From Escherichia coli (GTDB lineage: Bacteria; Pseudomonadota; Gammaproteobacteria; Enterobacterales; Enterobacteriaceae), in assembly GCF_051903065.1 (NCBI RefSeq), contig NZ_CP178438.1: a stretch of DNA of 64,000 nt, one strand, 5' to 3'. The notes beneath the pieces are model-generated. The model had not been told where the DNA came from and made no database searches. It saw only the letters and a program-made list of their open reading frames with translations. The translations under genes and the position numbers were made by a program. Below are positions 1 through 12,993 of this stretch, piece after piece (the first letter of the stretch is position 1; every line of letters begins with the position of its first letter).

Positions 1-105
1 GTGCTTACGCTTATCCGGCCTACGAATCGTGCTTTAACGGTAGGCCGGATAAGGCGTTCACGCCGCATCCGGCAATTGTGCACCAATGCCGGATGCGCCC
101 CTTAA
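1..105. repeat. REP/BIME-type palindromic repeat cluster
   Basis: Repeated GCCGGATG...CCTTATCCGGCCTAC-type palindromic units typical of E. coli REP elements. Confidence 0.6.
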
Positions 106-112
106 AGGCCAA

Positions 113-1885
113 TCAACTCAACGCCCCCATAATCTTCAACTCCAGCTCATCCGGCACTTCGTTATACGACAGCACATGCAGCCCCGGCGCAAACAATCTT
201 GCATAACGCGCCAGCAAAGGGCGCAGCTGCGGCGGCACCAGCAGCACCGGGTCTTTCCCCGCTGCTTTCATCTGCTCCTTCACCTGCGGCATCGTGCTCT
301 GGAACTGGTTGAGCATGTTCGGGTCGACCGGCACGCTGTCGAGCATCACTTTACCGCCCTGTTGCGCCTGATTCACCACATTGGTGAGCAGATTTTCCAG
401 CTCATTATTCAGCGTATACACCGTCAGCTCCTGCTTGCGAACGAACGGATGGGTAATGCTGCGCCGCAGCGCCAGGCGTACATCGACCGCCAGCAGAATA
501 TGATCTTTAGTCACCGCGCTACTGGCGACCAGCACGGTGGCGATGGTGACGATATCGCGCAGGGAAACGCCTTCGGTCAGTAGTGTGCGGTACACTTTCA
601 GCAACTGGCTGTAATTCAGCGCCGCGCTTAAGTCTTCTGCCAGGCGCGGTGCCATCGACGACAAACGGTTATGCAACTGTGTGATGTCGTCATAGTTAAA
701 CAAATCAGGAATATAGCTGCGTACAATCTTATTCACATGGGTGGCAATCACGCTGGCGCTGTCGATCACCTGATACCCCATATTCAGCGCCTTCGCTTTC
801 TGCGCAGGCTGGATCCAGGTCACCGGCATCCCGTACGCCGGGTCGTTCCCCAGCACGCCGTCAATCTCGCCGTAGGTTTCGCTGGAGGGCAGGGCCATCA
901 GTTTATCCGCCGGAATATCCGCTTCATCAGCCTTAATGCCGTTGATGAAAATAGCGTACTGGCTGGGCTTAAGGCGGAAGTTTTCCCGAATGCGGATCTC
1001 CGGCAGCAGCACGCCGTTGCCGTCGGATATCACCTGTCGCACGCCGCGAATACGCTGGGTGAGCGGGTTGCCCTGGGCTTTGTCCACCAGCGCCACCAGC
1101 TTGTAACCGAGGCTTAAACTGATAGGCTCGATCAGCGGTATCGTTTCCCAACTGACCTGTTGCTCGCTGGTTTCGGTGATGGTGCGGGTCAGCGTTTCGA
1201 GACTTTTCTCCTCCGCCTCCGCTGCCTGCGGGCGTTTGCTCATCCGCCAGCCGGTAAAGCCAAGCAGGGCGCTGAACAGCAAAAACGGCAGATGCGGCAT
1301 TCCCGGCACCACCGCCAGCACAAACATAATCCCGGTGGCGGTGTAGAGCACCGACGGGCTTGCCAGCAGCTGGTGGCGCACGTCATGGGCGATATCGCCG
1401 TTGTCGCTGACGCGGGTGACGATAATCGCCGCCGCGGTGGAGAGCAGCAGGGAAGGGATCTGCGCCACCAGCCCGTCGCCGATGGTCATCAGCACATATT
1501 GCTGGAAGGCAGCATCGGCGCTCAGGTTGTATTTGAAGATCCCGATACAGACACCGCCGATCAGGTTGATCGCCAGAATCATCATCCCGGCGATGGCGTC
1601 CCCGCGCACAAACTTTGATGCCCCGTCCATCGCGCCGTAGAAATCGGCCTCGCTGGCGACATCTTTACGCCGGGTTTGCGCCTGCGCCTGGTTGATCAAC
1701 CCGGCGTTAAGGTCGGCGTCAATCGCCATCTGTTTGCCGGGCATCGCGTCCAGGGTAAAGCGGGCAGAAACCTCGGAAATACGCTCGGCCCCTTTGGTGA
1801 CGACGATAAAGTTGATTGTCAACAGCGTCAGTAAATCCGAGCGTGAAAGCATTATCGCCGCGCTGCACGGGCAGTCGATTTTCAA
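113..1885 (-). pseudogene. lfhA: FlhA-like flagellar export protein, N-terminally truncated (Flag-2 remnant)
   Basis: 590 aa ORF collinear with the FlhA core and C-terminal domain (KGAERISEV, GMPGKQMAIDADLNAG, EADFYGAMDGASKFVRGDAIAG) but lacking the N-terminal TM region. Confidence 0.8.
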
Positions 1886-1946
1886 CGGTGGCGGGTTGTC
1901 GCCGTTAAATAAAATCAGCCCGTCTCATCCGCCAAAACCTGCCACC

Positions 1947-2582
1947 GTGGCGGTGCCGGAAGAGACGGAGAAAAAAGCGCGCGACGTCAACGAGAAAACG
2001 GCGCTGCTGAAGAAGAAATCCGCCACCGAGCTTGGTGAGCTGGCAACCAGTATCAACACCATTGCCCGTGATGCGCATATGGAAGCGAATCTGGAGATGG
2101 AGATTGTCCCGCAGGGATTACGCGTGCTGATTAAAGACGACCAGAATCGCAATATGTTCGAACGCGGCAGCGCGCAGATTATGCCGTTCTTTAAAACGCT
2201 GCTGGTGGAGTTAGCGCCAGTGTTCGACTCGCTCGATAATAAAATTATTATTACCGGGCATACCGATGCGATGGCCTACAAAAACAATATCTACAACAAC
2301 TGGAACCTTTCGGGTGACCGCGCGCTTTCGGCTCGTCGGGTGCTGGAAGAGGCCGGAATGCCGGAAGATAAAGTGATGCAGGTAAGCGCAATGGCGGACC
2401 AGATGCTGCTGGATGCCAAAAATCCGCAAAGCGCGGGCAATCGGCGTATTGAGATTATGGTGCTGACCAAAAGTGCGTCCGATACGCTGTATCAATACTT
2501 TGGTCAGCATGGGGATAAAGTGGTGCAGCCGCTGGTGCAAAAGCTGGATAAGCAGCAGGTGCTTTCGCAGCGAACGCGCTAA
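1947..2582 (+). CDS. mbhA: MotB/LafU-like OmpA-domain protein fragment
   Basis: C-terminal OmpA-like motifs (IIITGHTD, NWNLSGDRALSARRVLE); the long ORF 1692-2582 overlaps lfhA so the start is uncertain. Confidence 0.55.
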   Translation: MAVPEETEKKARDVNEKTALLKKKSATELGELATSINTIARDAHMEANLEMEIVPQGLRVLIKDDQNRNMFERGSAQIMPFFKTLLVELAPVFDSLDNKIIITGHTDAMAYKNNIYNNWNLSGDRALSARRVLEEAGMPEDKVMQVSAMADQMLLDAKNPQSAGNRRIEIMVLTKSASDTLYQYFGQHGDKVVQPLVQKLDKQQVLSQRTR

Positions 2583-2620
2583 ATGCTGAATCTTTACGCA
2601 TTTCTCAAACCCTGAAATCA

Positions 2621-2636
2621 CTGTATACTTTACCAG
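2621..2636 (+). promoter_or_regulatory. LexA (SOS) box upstream of dinB
   Basis: CTGTATACTTTACCAG fits CTGT-N8-ACAG; positioned ~20 nt upstream of the dinB start. Confidence 0.75.
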
Positions 2637-2652
2637 TGTTGAGAGGTGAGCA

Positions 2653-3708
2653 ATGCGTAAAATCATTCATGTGGATATGGACTGCTTTTTCGCCGCAGTG
2701 GAGATGCGCGACAATCCCGCCCTGCGCGATATCCCTATTGCTATTGGCGGCAGCCGCGAACGTCGGGGGGTGATCAGCACCGCCAATTATCCCGCGCGTA
2801 AATTTGGCGTACGCAGCGCTATGCCGACAGGGATGGCGCTCAAATTATGCCCACATCTCACCTTGCTTCCGGGGCGCTTTGACGCCTACAAAGAAGCCTC
2901 AAATCATATCCGTGAAATCTTCTCGCGCTACACCTCTCGCATTGAGCCGTTGTCACTGGATGAGGCTTATCTCGATGTCACCGACAGCGTCCATTGCCAC
3001 GGTTCTGCGACCCTCATCGCCCAGGAAATCCGCCAGACGATTTTCAGCGAGCTGCAACTGACGGCGTCTGCGGGCGTGGCGCCAGTAAAGTTTCTCGCCA
3101 AAATCGCCTCCGACATGAATAAACCCAACGGCCAGTTTGTGATTACGCCGGCAGAAGTTCCGACATTTTTACAAACCTTACCACTGGCAAAAATCCCCGG
3201 CGTCGGCAAAGTCTCGGCGGCAAAACTGGAAGCGATGGGGCTGCGGACCTGCGGTGATGTACAAAAGTGTGATCTGGTGATTCTGCTTAAACGCTTTGGC
3301 AAATTTGGCCGCATTTTGTGGGAGCGTAGTCAGGGGATTGACGAGCGCGACGTTAACAGCGAACGGTTACGAAAATCCGTCGGCGTGGAACGCACGATGG
3401 CGGAAGATATTCATCACTGGTCTGAATGTGAAGCGATTATCGAGCGGCTGTATCCGGAACTTGAACGCCGTCTGGCAAAGGTAAAACCTGATTTACTGAT
3501 TGCTCGCCAGGGAGTGAAATTAAAGTTCGACGATTTTCAGCAAACCACTCAGGAGCACGTCTGGCCGCGGCTGAATAAAGCTGACTTAATCGCCACCGCG
3601 CGTAAAACCTGGGATGAACGCCGCGGCGGGCGAGGTGTGCGACTGGTGGGGCTGCATGTGACGTTGCTTGACCCGCAAATGGAAAGACAACTGGTGCTGG
3701 GATTATGA
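2653..3708 (+). CDS. dinB: DNA polymerase IV
   Basis: 351 aa, N-terminus [22 protein letters not shown] characteristic of Y-family polymerase DinB. Confidence 0.95.
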   Translation: MRKIIHVDMDCFFAAVEMRDNPALRDIPIAIGGSRERRGVISTANYPARKFGVRSAMPTGMALKLCPHLTLLPGRFDAYKEASNHIREIFSRYTSRIEPLSLDEAYLDVTDSVHCHGSATLIAQEIRQTIFSELQLTASAGVAPVKFLAKIASDMNKPNGQFVITPAEVPTFLQTLPLAKIPGVGKVSAAKLEAMGLRTCGDVQKCDLVILLKRFGKFGRILWERSQGIDERDVNSERLRKSVGVERTMAEDIHHWSECEAIIERLYPELERRLAKVKPDLLIARQGVKLKFDDFQQTTQEHVWPRLNKADLIATARKTWDERRGGRGVRLVGLHVTLLDPQMERQLVLGL

Positions 3709-4157
3709 ATAACATACAAATAAGAAACTATCAGCCTGGCGATTTTCAGCAACTATGCGCTATTTTCATTAGAGCGGTTATGATGACCGCCAGTCAGCAT
3801 TATTCACCACAACAAATTGCCGCCTGGGCGCAGATTGACGAATCTCGCTGGAAGGAGAAACTCGCGAAATCACAAGTGCGGGTTGCAGTCATTAATGCAC
3901 AACCGGTTGGTTTTATTTCCCGCATTGAACATTATATCGATATGTTATTTGTTGACCCTGAATACACCCGCCGTGGGGTTGCCAGTGCTTTGTTAAAACC
4001 TTGGATTAAGTCTGAATCCGAACTTACGGTGGACGCCAGCATAACCGCAAAACCCTTTTTTGAACGTTATGGTTTTCAGACAGTTAAGCAGCAGCGCGTT
4101 GAATGCCGGGGAGCGTGGTTTACTAATTTTTCTATGCGATATAAACCGCAACATTAA
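3705..4157 (+). CDS. yafP: GNAT-family acetyltransferase YafP
   Basis: 150 aa, 4-nt overlap with dinB stop; sequence matches YafP; yafN/yafO are absent between dinB and yafP. Confidence 0.85.
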   Translation: MNNIQIRNYQPGDFQQLCAIFIRAVMMTASQHYSPQQIAAWAQIDESRWKEKLAKSQVRVAVINAQPVGFISRIEHYIDMLFVDPEYTRRGVASALLKPWIKSESELTVDASITAKPFFERYGFQTVKQQRVECRGAWFTNFSMRYKPQH

Positions 4158-4462
4158 ATCCAGCTTGCAAGGAAAATAACGCCCGCTTGGTATGTGCGCG
4201 TTTTCTTATTCCACAAACTGCAAGGAGGTAAATCATGACAAATCCTTTATCAATGACTCTTTGCAGACCTTTCCAGGATTAATTCTTTTTTTCTTGCCCT
4301 GGATTCGTCTGCCATTTCCTGATTTTTATATTTATATACTCTAAATAATTCGAGTTGCAGGAAGGCGACAAGCGAGTGAATCCCCAGGAGCTTACATAAG
4401 TAAGTGACTGGGGTGAACGAACGCAGTCGCAGTTCATGCAACTTGAAGTATGACGAGTATAA

Positions 4463-5011
4463 ATGGAATGGTACATGGGCAAATATATTCGTCCCTTATC
4501 CGATGCGGTATTTACCATCGCATCTGATGACCTGTGGATCGAGAGTTTAGCGATCCAACAATTACACACCACGGCAAATTTACCCAACATGCAGCGCGTA
4601 GTGGGGATGCCAGATTTACACACCCCGGACGCGGCTACCCGATTGGCGCAGCGTTCTTCTCTGTTGGTCGTTTTTACCCGGCAAGACGTCGCGGTAACGG
4701 TGCTGGAAACCGAAGCCGGGCGTTATCCTGACACGCTGCGTTCGTCGGGGCCGGGCGGTCAACATGTCAATAAAACCGACTCGACGGTACGCGCCACGCA
4801 TTTGGCATCCGGTATTAGCGTGAAGGTTCAGTCAGAGCGTAGTCAGCATGCTAACAAGCGGCTGGCACGATTGCTGATTGCCTGGAAGCTGGAGCAACAG
4901 CAACAGGAAAATAGCGCAGTGCTGAAATCGCAGCGGCGAATGTTCCATCACCAGATTGAACGTGGCAACCCGCGACGGACATTCACAGGGATGGCTTTTA
5001 TCGAAGGATAA
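4463..5011 (+). pseudogene. prfH: ykfJ-prfH remnant (RtcB-like fragment fused to release-factor homologue with internal deletion)
   Basis: C-terminal half carries the GGQ release-factor motif ([13 protein letters not shown]) and PrfH tail; the segment between RSS and GPGGQ appears deleted. Confidence 0.7.
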
Positions 5012-5023
5012 TGAAGGATGAAA

Positions 5024-5055
5024 CTGCCGGAAGGCGATTAAACGCCATCCGGCAG
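5024..5055. terminator. bidirectional hairpin terminator between prfH and pepD
   Basis: CTGCCGGAAGGCG...CGCCATCCGGCAG inverted repeat between convergent genes. Confidence 0.55.
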
Positions 5056-5067
5056 CAAATCAAATAA

Positions 5068-6525
5068 TTACTTCGCCGGAATTTCTTTCAGCAGTTCAGT
5101 CAGCAGTGTCCAGTAATGACCTACGCTTTCGATGTGAACTTGCTCATCCGGAGAGTGTGGACCGGTGATTGTTGGCCCGATAGAAACCATGTCCATTTCC
5201 GGATACGGTTTTTTGAACAGACCACATTCCAGGCCCGCGTGGATAATCTGGATGTTCGGCGTCTTGTTGAACAGGCGCTGATAGGTTTCACGTACCAGAT
5301 GCATCACCGGAGAATTAGCGTCCGGCTGCCAGCCAGGATATGCGCCTTTTGCTTCGGTTTTCGCGCCAGCCAGTTTACCCAGCGAATCCAGCATGCTCAC
5401 CACGTAGTCTTTACCGCTGTCGATCAGAGAACGGATCAGGCAGTGAATTTCTACGTTATTGTCAGTCATGGTCACCACACCGACGTTCAGGGAGGTTTCG
5501 ACCACACCTTTTGCCACGTCGGAATTGCGGATCACACCGTTCGGGGTGGCGTTCAGCAGACGAATAAAGGTATCGCGAGATTTCGCAATCAGGGCAGCTT
5601 TATCGTTCGCAACAGAGTCCAGCAGCAATGCCAGATTCTTCTCTTTTTCTGCCAGCTCGTTTTTCAGGATCTCCTGATAGGTATTCACCAGAGATTTCAG
5701 TGCGTCGACTTTATCAGCTGCGACAGCAATGGTCGCAAAGGCTTCACGCGGGATGGCGTTACGCAGTGTACCGCCGTTGAAATCGATAAGGCGCAGATCC
5801 AGTTCTTCTGCATGACCCGCCAGGAAGCGCACCAGCAGTTTGTTGGCATTACCGAGGCCAACGTGGATTTCACCGCCGGAGTGACCGCCTTTCAGACCTT
5901 TTAAGGTTAACTTGAAGGTTTCAAAACCAGCTGGAACCGCTTCACGATCTAAATGCAGGTTGGAGGTGAAGTCGATACCCCCCGCGCAACCCATGTAGAT
6001 TTCACCTTCTTCTTCGGAGTCGGTGTTAATCAGAATATCAGCCTGCAACCAGTTGCTCTGTAAGCCAAAAGCACCGTCCATACCGGCTTCTTCGGTCATG
6101 GTCAGCAGCACTTCCAGCGGACCGTGAACCACGTTTTCGTCAGCCAGAACCGCCAGTGCAGAGGCCATACCAATGCCGTTATCCGCACCCAGCGTGGTGC
6201 CGCGCGCTTTAACCCATTCGCCATCAATATAAGGCTGGATAGGATCTTTCGTGAAGTCATGCACGGTGTCGTTATTTTTCTGCGGCACCATATCGAGGTG
6301 GGCCTGCAAGACGACCGGTTTACGATTTTCCATACCTGCTGTAGCAGGTTTACGAATCAGGATATTACCTACCTGATCGCGTTCGACATGGAAACCTTTC
6401 TCTTTTGCCCAACCAACAATGTATTCAGCGAGTTGCTCTTCATGATAGGACGGGTGAGGAATAGAACAGATTTTGGCAAAAATATCCCACAGCGGCTGTG
6501 GAGATAATTGAGACAGTTCAGACAC
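5068..6525 (-). CDS. pepD: aminoacyl-histidine dipeptidase (cytosol nonspecific dipeptidase)
   Basis: 485 aa, M20-family motifs, N-terminus MSELSQLSPQPLWDIFAKICSIPHPSYHEE. Confidence 0.95.
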   Translation of the reverse strand: MSELSQLSPQPLWDIFAKICSIPHPSYHEEQLAEYIVGWAKEKGFHVERDQVGNILIRKPATAGMENRKPVVLQAHLDMVPQKNNDTVHDFTKDPIQPYIDGEWVKARGTTLGADNGIGMASALAVLADENVVHGPLEVLLTMTEEAGMDGAFGLQSNWLQADILINTDSEEEGEIYMGCAGGIDFTSNLHLDREAVPAGFETFKLTLKGLKGGHSGGEIHVGLGNANKLLVRFLAGHAEELDLRLIDFNGGTLRNAIPREAFATIAVAADKVDALKSLVNTYQEILKNELAEKEKNLALLLDSVANDKAALIAKSRDTFIRLLNATPNGVIRNSDVAKGVVETSLNVGVVTMTDNNVEIHCLIRSLIDSGKDYVVSMLDSLGKLAGAKTEAKGAYPGWQPDANSPVMHLVRETYQRLFNKTPNIQIIHAGLECGLFKKPYPEMDMVSIGPTITGPHSPDEQVHIESVGHYWTLLTELLKEIPAK

Positions 6526-6785
6526 GTTAAGTCTCCTTGTCGATCACCCGCAAAACAGTATTGCAGGTCACAGGGTTAGCAGAAAATGTTGTCAACACAA
6601 GACAGGCTTGCGAGATATGTTTGAGAATACCACTTTATCCCGCGTCAGGGAGAGGCAGTGCGTAAAAAGACGCGGACTCATGTGAAATACTGGTTTTTAG
6701 TGCGCCAGATCTCTATAATCTCGCGCAACCTATTTTCCCCTCGAACACTTTTTAAGCCGTAGATAAACAGGCTGGGACACTTCAC

Positions 6786-7244
6786 ATGAGCGAAAAATAC
6801 ATCGTCACCTGGGACATGTTGCAGATCCATGCACGTAAACTCGCAAGCCGACTGATGCCTTCTGAACAATGGAAAGGCATTATTGCCGTAAGCCGTGGCG
6901 GTCTGGTACCGGGTGCGTTACTGGCGCGTGAACTGGGTATTCGTCATGTCGATACCGTTTGTATTTCCAGCTACGATCACGACAACCAGCGCGAGCTTAA
7001 AGTGCTGAAACGCGCAGAAGGCGATGGCGAAGGCTTCATCGTTATTGATGACCTGGTGGATACCGGTGGTACTGCGGTTGCGATTCGTGAAATGTATCCA
7101 AAAGCGCACTTTGTCACCATCTTTGCAAAACCGGCTGGTCGTCCGCTGGTTGATGATTATGTTGTTGATATCCCGCAAGATACCTGGATCGAACAGCCGT
7201 GGGATATGGGCGTCGTATTCGTCCCGCCAATCTCCGGTCGCTAA
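6786..7244 (+). CDS. gpt: xanthine-guanine phosphoribosyltransferase
   Basis: 152 aa, [27 protein letters not shown]-binding [11 protein letters not shown]. Confidence 0.95.
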
Positions 7245-7335
7245 TCTTTTCAACGCCTGGCACTGCCGGGCGTTGTTCTTTTTAACTTCAGGCGGGTTAC
7301 AATAGTTTCCAGTAAGTATTCTGGAGGCTGCATCC

Positions 7336-8580
7336 ATGACACAGGCAAACCTGAGCGAAACCCTGTTCAAACCCCGCTTTAAACATCCTGAAACCTCGAC
7401 GCTAGTCCGCCGCTTTAATCACGGCGCACAACCGCCTGTGCAGTCGGCCCTTGATGGTAAAACCATCCCTCACTGGTATCGCATGATTAACCGTCTGATG
7501 TGGATCTGGCGCGGCATTGACCCACGCGAAATCCTCGACGTCCAGGCACGTATTGTGATGAGCGATGCCGAACGTACCGACGATGATTTATACGATACGG
7601 TGATTGGCTACCGTGGCGGCAACTGGATTTATGAGTGGGCCACCCAGGCGATGGTGTGGCAACAAAAAGCCTGTGCGGAAGAAGATCCGCAACTCAGTGG
7701 TCGTCACTGGCTGCATGCGGCTACGTTGTACAACATTGCCGCCTATCCTCATCTGAAAGGAGATGACCTGGCCGAGCAAGCGCAGGCTTTGTCAAACCGC
7801 GCCTATGAAGAGGCCGCTCAGCGTCTGCCGGGCACGATGCGGCAGATGGAGTTTACCGTACCTGGCGGTGCGCCCATCACCGGCTTTTTGCATATGCCGA
7901 AAGGCGATGGCCCGTTCCCGACGGTATTAATGTGTGGTGGTCTGGATGCGATGCAGACGGACTATTACAGCCTGTATGAACGTTATTTTGCGCCGCGCGG
8001 CATTGCGATGCTGACTATTGATATGCCGTCGGTGGGCTTTTCTTCAAAATGGAAGCTCACCCAGGACTCCAGCCTGTTGCATCAGCACGTCTTAAAGGCA
8101 CTGCCTAACGTACCGTGGGTGGATCACACTCGCGTCGCGGCCTTTGGTTTCCGTTTCGGCGCTAACGTTGCCGTGCGTCTGGCATACCTTGAATCACCGC
8201 GTCTGAAAGCGGTTGCCTGTCTTGGTCCGGTAGTTCATACCCTGTTGAGTGATTTTAAGTGCCAGCAACAGGTGCCGGAAATGTATCTTGACGTTCTGGC
8301 CAGTCGTTTGGGGATGCATGATGCTTCCGACGAAGCGTTGCGCGTGGAGCTGAATCGCTATTCATTAAAAGTGCAAGGATTGCTGGGACGTCGCTGCCCA
8401 ACGCCAATGTTATCAGGCTACTGGAAGAACGATCCGTTCAGCCCGGAAGAGGACTCACGCTTAATCACCTCATCATCTGCTGACGGTAAATTATTAGAGA
8501 TCCCATTTAACCCGGTGTATCGGAATTTTGACAAAGGTCTTCAGGAAATCACAGAATGGATCGAAAAACGTTTGTGTTAA
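7336..8580 (+). CDS. frsA: esterase FrsA (fermentation/respiration switch protein)
   Basis: 414 aa alpha/beta hydrolase, matches FrsA length and gene order after gpt. Confidence 0.9.
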   Translation: MTQANLSETLFKPRFKHPETSTLVRRFNHGAQPPVQSALDGKTIPHWYRMINRLMWIWRGIDPREILDVQARIVMSDAERTDDDLYDTVIGYRGGNWIYEWATQAMVWQQKACAEEDPQLSGRHWLHAATLYNIAAYPHLKGDDLAEQAQALSNRAYEEAAQRLPGTMRQMEFTVPGGAPITGFLHMPKGDGPFPTVLMCGGLDAMQTDYYSLYERYFAPRGIAMLTIDMPSVGFSSKWKLTQDSSLLHQHVLKALPNVPWVDHTRVAAFGFRFGANVAVRLAYLESPRLKAVACLGPVVHTLLSDFKCQQQVPEMYLDVLASRLGMHDASDEALRVELNRYSLKVQGLLGRRCPTPMLSGYWKNDPFSPEEDSRLITSSSADGKLLEIPFNPVYRNFDKGLQEITEWIEKRLC

Positions 8581-9039
<459 letters not shown>

Positions 9040-9077
9040 GTGAAATGTGCCGGATGCATCACATCCGGCAATAATCA

Positions 9078-10133
9078 TTAAAACTGATAGGTCATGCCAA
9101 CCGCGACAATATCATCATTATTAATATTCAATTTGTTATCGCTATCCAGTTGGTTGATTTTATAATCAACAAACGCTGACATATTTTTGTTGAAATAATA
9201 TGTAGCCCCGACATCGATATAATTGACCAGATCTTCATCACCGATACCTTCAATATCTTTCCCTTTCGATAAGACATAACCCAGCGATGGACGCAGACCA
9301 AAATCAAACTGGTATTGAGCGACCGCTTCAAAGTTCTGTGTCTTATTGGCAAAGCCGCCAGTTATTGGCGTCATTTTGCGTGTTTCAGAATAAAAAGTTG
9401 CCAGATAAATATTATTGGCATCGTATTTCAGACCTGTAGCCCATGCTTCTGCACGCTTGCCTGTGCCACGGCTTTGCAGGTTCTGCTCGTTGGTGCGATC
9501 TGAGTTGGTATAGGCCCCACTAATGGCGAAATCGCTGCCGCCAAAGTCATATGTCAATGACGTGCCGAAGCCATCGCCGTTTTGCTTTTTAACGTCGCGG
9601 TTTTCGTTTTTCCCTTGATATTGCAGGGTTAAGTTCAGGCCATCGATAACGCCGAAGAAGTCGGTGTTCCGATACGTCGCCAGACCGCTGGCGCGTTTGG
9701 TCATAAAGTTGTCGGTCTGCGCCGAGGAGTCGCCACCAAATTCCGGGAACATATCGGTCCAGGCTTCCACGTCATACAACGCGCCCAGGTTACGACCATA
9801 ATCGAAAGAACCCAAATCTTTATATTTCAACCCGGCAAAAGCGAGACGCGTTTTTTGCTGTGCAGTATCACTCTCCGCTTTATTACCGGCAAACTCCGCT
9901 TCCCAGCGGCCATAACCAGTCAGTTGATCGTTAATTTGTGTTTCGCCTTTAAAACCAAAACGGATATAACTCTGGTCGCCATCTTTACTGTCATTATCAC
10001 TCATATAATGCATGGCTTTAACTTTGCCATAGACATCCAGTTTATTACCGTCTTTGTTATATACTTCTGCGGCCTGTACGGATGCAGATGCCACAATGCC
10101 CATCACCACTAATGCCAGAGTGCTCTTTTTCAT
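9078..10133 (-). CDS. phoE: outer membrane phosphoporin PhoE
   Basis: Porin with signal peptide [21 protein letters not shown] and C-terminal ...VAVGMTYQF; start taken at the second Met. Confidence 0.9.
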   Translation of the reverse strand: MKKSTLALVVMGIVASASVQAAEVYNKDGNKLDVYGKVKAMHYMSDNDSKDGDQSYIRFGFKGETQINDQLTGYGRWEAEFAGNKAESDTAQQKTRLAFAGLKYKDLGSFDYGRNLGALYDVEAWTDMFPEFGGDSSAQTDNFMTKRASGLATYRNTDFFGVIDGLNLTLQYQGKNENRDVKKQNGDGFGTSLTYDFGGSDFAISGAYTNSDRTNEQNLQSRGTGKRAEAWATGLKYDANNIYLATFYSETRKMTPITGGFANKTQNFEAVAQYQFDFGLRPSLGYVLSKGKDIEGIGDEDLVNYIDVGATYYFNKNMSAFVDYKINQLDSDNKLNINNDDIVAVGMTYQF

Positions 10134-10420
10134 TTTCATTCCTGATTTTAATTAACGCGCGAATATTCAGCGGGAGAGTCCCGTTGAAAACAGGAAAGTT
10201 TTTAACCTGAGATTGTTAAAGATATATTACGGATTAATAATATTCTTAAAATGTGGTAATTTATTAAATCTGTAATAAAAGCGTAAACAACTGCCGCTAG
10301 GCTTGCTGATCCCGCGCAACAAAACGCCATGCTTTGCTCGCAGATGGTTGGCAACCGACGACAGTCCTGCTAAAACGTTCGTTTGATATCATTTTTCCTA
10401 AAATTGAATGGCAGAGAATC

Positions 10421-11524
10421 ATGAGTGACAGCCAGACGCTGGTGGTAAAACTCGGCACCAGTGTGCTAACAGGCGGATCGCGCCGCCTGAACCGTGCCCA
10501 TATCGTTGAACTTGTTCGCCAGTGCGCGCAGTTACATGCCGCCGGGCATCGGATTGTTATTGTGACGTCGGGCGCGATCGCCGCCGGACGTGAGCACCTG
10601 GGTTACCCGGAACTGCCAGCGACTATCGCCTCGAAACAACTGCTGGCGGCGGTAGGGCAGAGTCGACTGATTCAACTGTGGGAACAGCTGTTTTCGATTT
10701 ATGGCATTCACGTCGGGCAAATGCTGCTGACTCGTGCTGATATGGAAGACCGTGAACGCTTCCTGAACGCCCGCGACACCCTGCGTGCGTTGCTCGATAA
10801 CAATATCGTTCCGGTAATCAATGAGAACGATGCTGTCGCTACGGCAGAGATTAAGGTCGGCGATAACGATAACCTTTCTGCGCTGGCGGCGATTCTGGCG
10901 GGTGCCGATAAACTGTTGCTGCTGACCGATCAAAAAGGTTTGTATACCGCTGACCCGCGCAGCAATCCGCAGGCAGAACTGATTAAAGATGTTTACGGCA
11001 TTGATGACGAACTGCGCGCGATTGCCGGTGACAGCGTTTCAGGCCTCGGAACTGGCGGCATGAGTACCAAATTGCAGGCCGCTGACGTGGCTTGCCGTGC
11101 GGGTATCGACACCATTATTGCCGCGGGCAGCAAGCCGGGCGTTATTGGTGATGTGATGGAAGGCATTTCCGTCGGTACGCTGTTCCATGCCCAGGCGACT
11201 CCGCTTGAAAACCGTAAACGCTGGATTTTCGGTGCGCCGCCGGCGGGTGAAATCACGGTAGATGAAGGGGCAACCGCCGCGATTCTTGAACGTGGCAGCT
11301 CCCTGTTGCCGAAAGGAATTAAAAGCGTGACTGGCAATTTCTCGCGTGGTGAAGTCATCCGCATTTGTAACCTCGAAGGTCGCGATATCGCCCACGGCGT
11401 CAGTCGTTACAACAGCGATGCATTACGCCGTATTGCCGGACACCACTCGCAAGAAATTGATGCAATACTGGGATATGAATATGGCCCGGTTGCCGTTCAC
11501 CGTGATGACATGATTACCCGTTAA
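10421..11524 (+). CDS. proB: glutamate 5-kinase
   Basis: 367 aa from [16 protein letters not shown]; ORF-track start 10334 is an upstream extension. Confidence 0.92.
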   Translation: MSDSQTLVVKLGTSVLTGGSRRLNRAHIVELVRQCAQLHAAGHRIVIVTSGAIAAGREHLGYPELPATIASKQLLAAVGQSRLIQLWEQLFSIYGIHVGQMLLTRADMEDRERFLNARDTLRALLDNNIVPVINENDAVATAEIKVGDNDNLSALAAILAGADKLLLLTDQKGLYTADPRSNPQAELIKDVYGIDDELRAIAGDSVSGLGTGGMSTKLQAADVACRAGIDTIIAAGSKPGVIGDVMEGISVGTLFHAQATPLENRKRWIFGAPPAGEITVDEGATAAILERGSSLLPKGIKSVTGNFSRGEVIRICNLEGRDIAHGVSRYNSDALRRIAGHHSQEIDAILGYEYGPVAVHRDDMITR

Positions 11525-11535
11525 GGAGCAGGCAA

Positions 11536-12789
11536 ATGCTTGAACAAATGGGCATTGCCGCGAAGCAAGCCTCGTATAAATTAGCGCAACTCTCCAGCCG
11601 CGAAAAAAATCGTGTGCTGGAAAAAATCGCCGATGAACTGGAAGCACAAAGCGAAATCATCCTCAACGCTAACGCCCAGGATGTTGCTGACGCGCGTGCC
11701 AATGGCCTTAGCGAAGCGATGCTTGACCGTCTGGCACTGACGCCCGCACGGCTGAAAGGCATTGCCGACGATGTACGTCAGGTGTGCAACCTCGCCGACC
11801 CGGTGGGGCAGGTAATCGATGGCGGCGTACTGGACAGCGGCCTGCGTCTTGAGCGTCGTCGCGTACCGCTGGGGGTTATTGGCGTGATTTATGAAGCGCG
11901 CCCGAACGTGACGGTTGATGTCGCTTCGCTGTGCCTGAAAACCGGTAATGCGGTGATCCTGCGTGGTGGCAAAGAAACCTGTCGCACTAACGCGGCAACG
12001 GTGGCGGTGATTCAGGACGCCCTGAAATCCTGTGGCTTACCGGCTGGTGCCGTGCAGGCGATTGATAATCCTGACCGTGCGTTGGTCAGTGAAATGCTGC
12101 GTATGGATAAATACATCGACATGCTGATCCCGCGCGGCGGGGCTGGTTTGCATAAACTGTGCCGCGAACAGTCGACGATCCCGGTGATCACAGGTGGTAT
12201 AGGCGTATGCCATATTTACGTTGATGAAAGTGCAGAGATCGCTGAAGCATTAAAAGTGATCGTCAACGCGAAAACTCAGCGTCCGAGCACATGTAATACG
12301 GTAGAAACGTTGCTGGTGAATAAAAACATCGCCGATAGCTTCCTGCCCGCATTAAGCAAACAAATGGCGGAAAGCGGCGTGACATTACACGCAGATGCAG
12401 CTGCGCTGACACAGTTGCAGGCAGGCCCCGCGAAGGTGGTGGCGGTTAAAGCCGAAGAGTATGACGATGAGTTTCTGTCATTAGATTTGAACGTCAGAAT
12501 CGTCAGCGATCTTGACGATGCCATCGCCCATATTCGTGAACACGGCACACAACACTCCGATGCGATCCTGACCCGCGATATGCGCAACGCCCAGCGTTTT
12601 GTTAACGAAGTGGATTCGTCCGCTGTTTACGTTAACGCCTCTACGCGTTTTACCGACGGCGGCCAGTTTGGACTGGGTGCGGAAGTGGCGGTAAGCACAC
12701 AAAAACTCCACGCGCGTGGCCCAATGGGGCTGGAAGCACTGACCACTTACAAGTGGATCGGCATTGGTGATTACACCATTCGTGCGTAA
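11536..12789 (+). CDS. proA: gamma-glutamyl phosphate reductase
   Basis: 417 aa, [37 protein letters not shown]. Confidence 0.95.
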   Translation: MLEQMGIAAKQASYKLAQLSSREKNRVLEKIADELEAQSEIILNANAQDVADARANGLSEAMLDRLALTPARLKGIADDVRQVCNLADPVGQVIDGGVLDSGLRLERRRVPLGVIGVIYEARPNVTVDVASLCLKTGNAVILRGGKETCRTNAATVAVIQDALKSCGLPAGAVQAIDNPDRALVSEMLRMDKYIDMLIPRGGAGLHKLCREQSTIPVITGGIGVCHIYVDESAEIAEALKVIVNAKTQRPSTCNTVETLLVNKNIADSFLPALSKQMAESGVTLHADAAALTQLQAGPAKVVAVKAEEYDDEFLSLDLNVRIVSDLDDAIAHIREHGTQHSDAILTRDMRNAQRFVNEVDSSAVYVNASTRFTDGGQFGLGAEVAVSTQKLHARGPMGLEALTTYKWIGIGDYTIRA

Positions 12790-12902
12790 ATAAAATCGGG
12801 TGATGCAAAAGTAGCCATTTGATTCACAAGGCCATTGACGCATCGCCCGGTTAGTTTTAACCTTGTCCACCGTGATTCACGTTCGTGAACATGTCCTTTC
12901 AG

Positions 12903-12979
12903 GGCCGATATAGCTCAGTTGGTAGAGCAGCGCATTCGTAATGCGAAGGTCGTAGGTTCGACTCCTATTATCGGCACCA
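12903..12979 (+). tRNA. thrW: tRNA-Thr (CGU anticodon), prophage attachment site
   Basis: GCCGATATAGCTCAGTTGGTAGAGCAGCGCATTCGTAATGCGAAGG...TCGGCACCA cloverleaf ending in CCA, immediately followed by an integrase gene. Confidence 0.85.
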
Positions 12980-12993
12980 TTTAAATCAATAAG

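Noticed and set aside
86-583. 165-aa plus-strand ORF
   Set aside because: Lies entirely antisense within the FlhA-like gene; His/Arg/Gln-rich low-complexity translation typical of an antisense artefact.
5116-5904. 262-aa ORF antisense to pepD
   Set aside because: Fully contained within well-supported pepD on the opposite strand; no RBS or domain features.
10532-11395. Several ORFs antisense to proB
   Set aside because: Overlap a confidently identified gene; Arg/Gln-rich composition typical of antisense frames.
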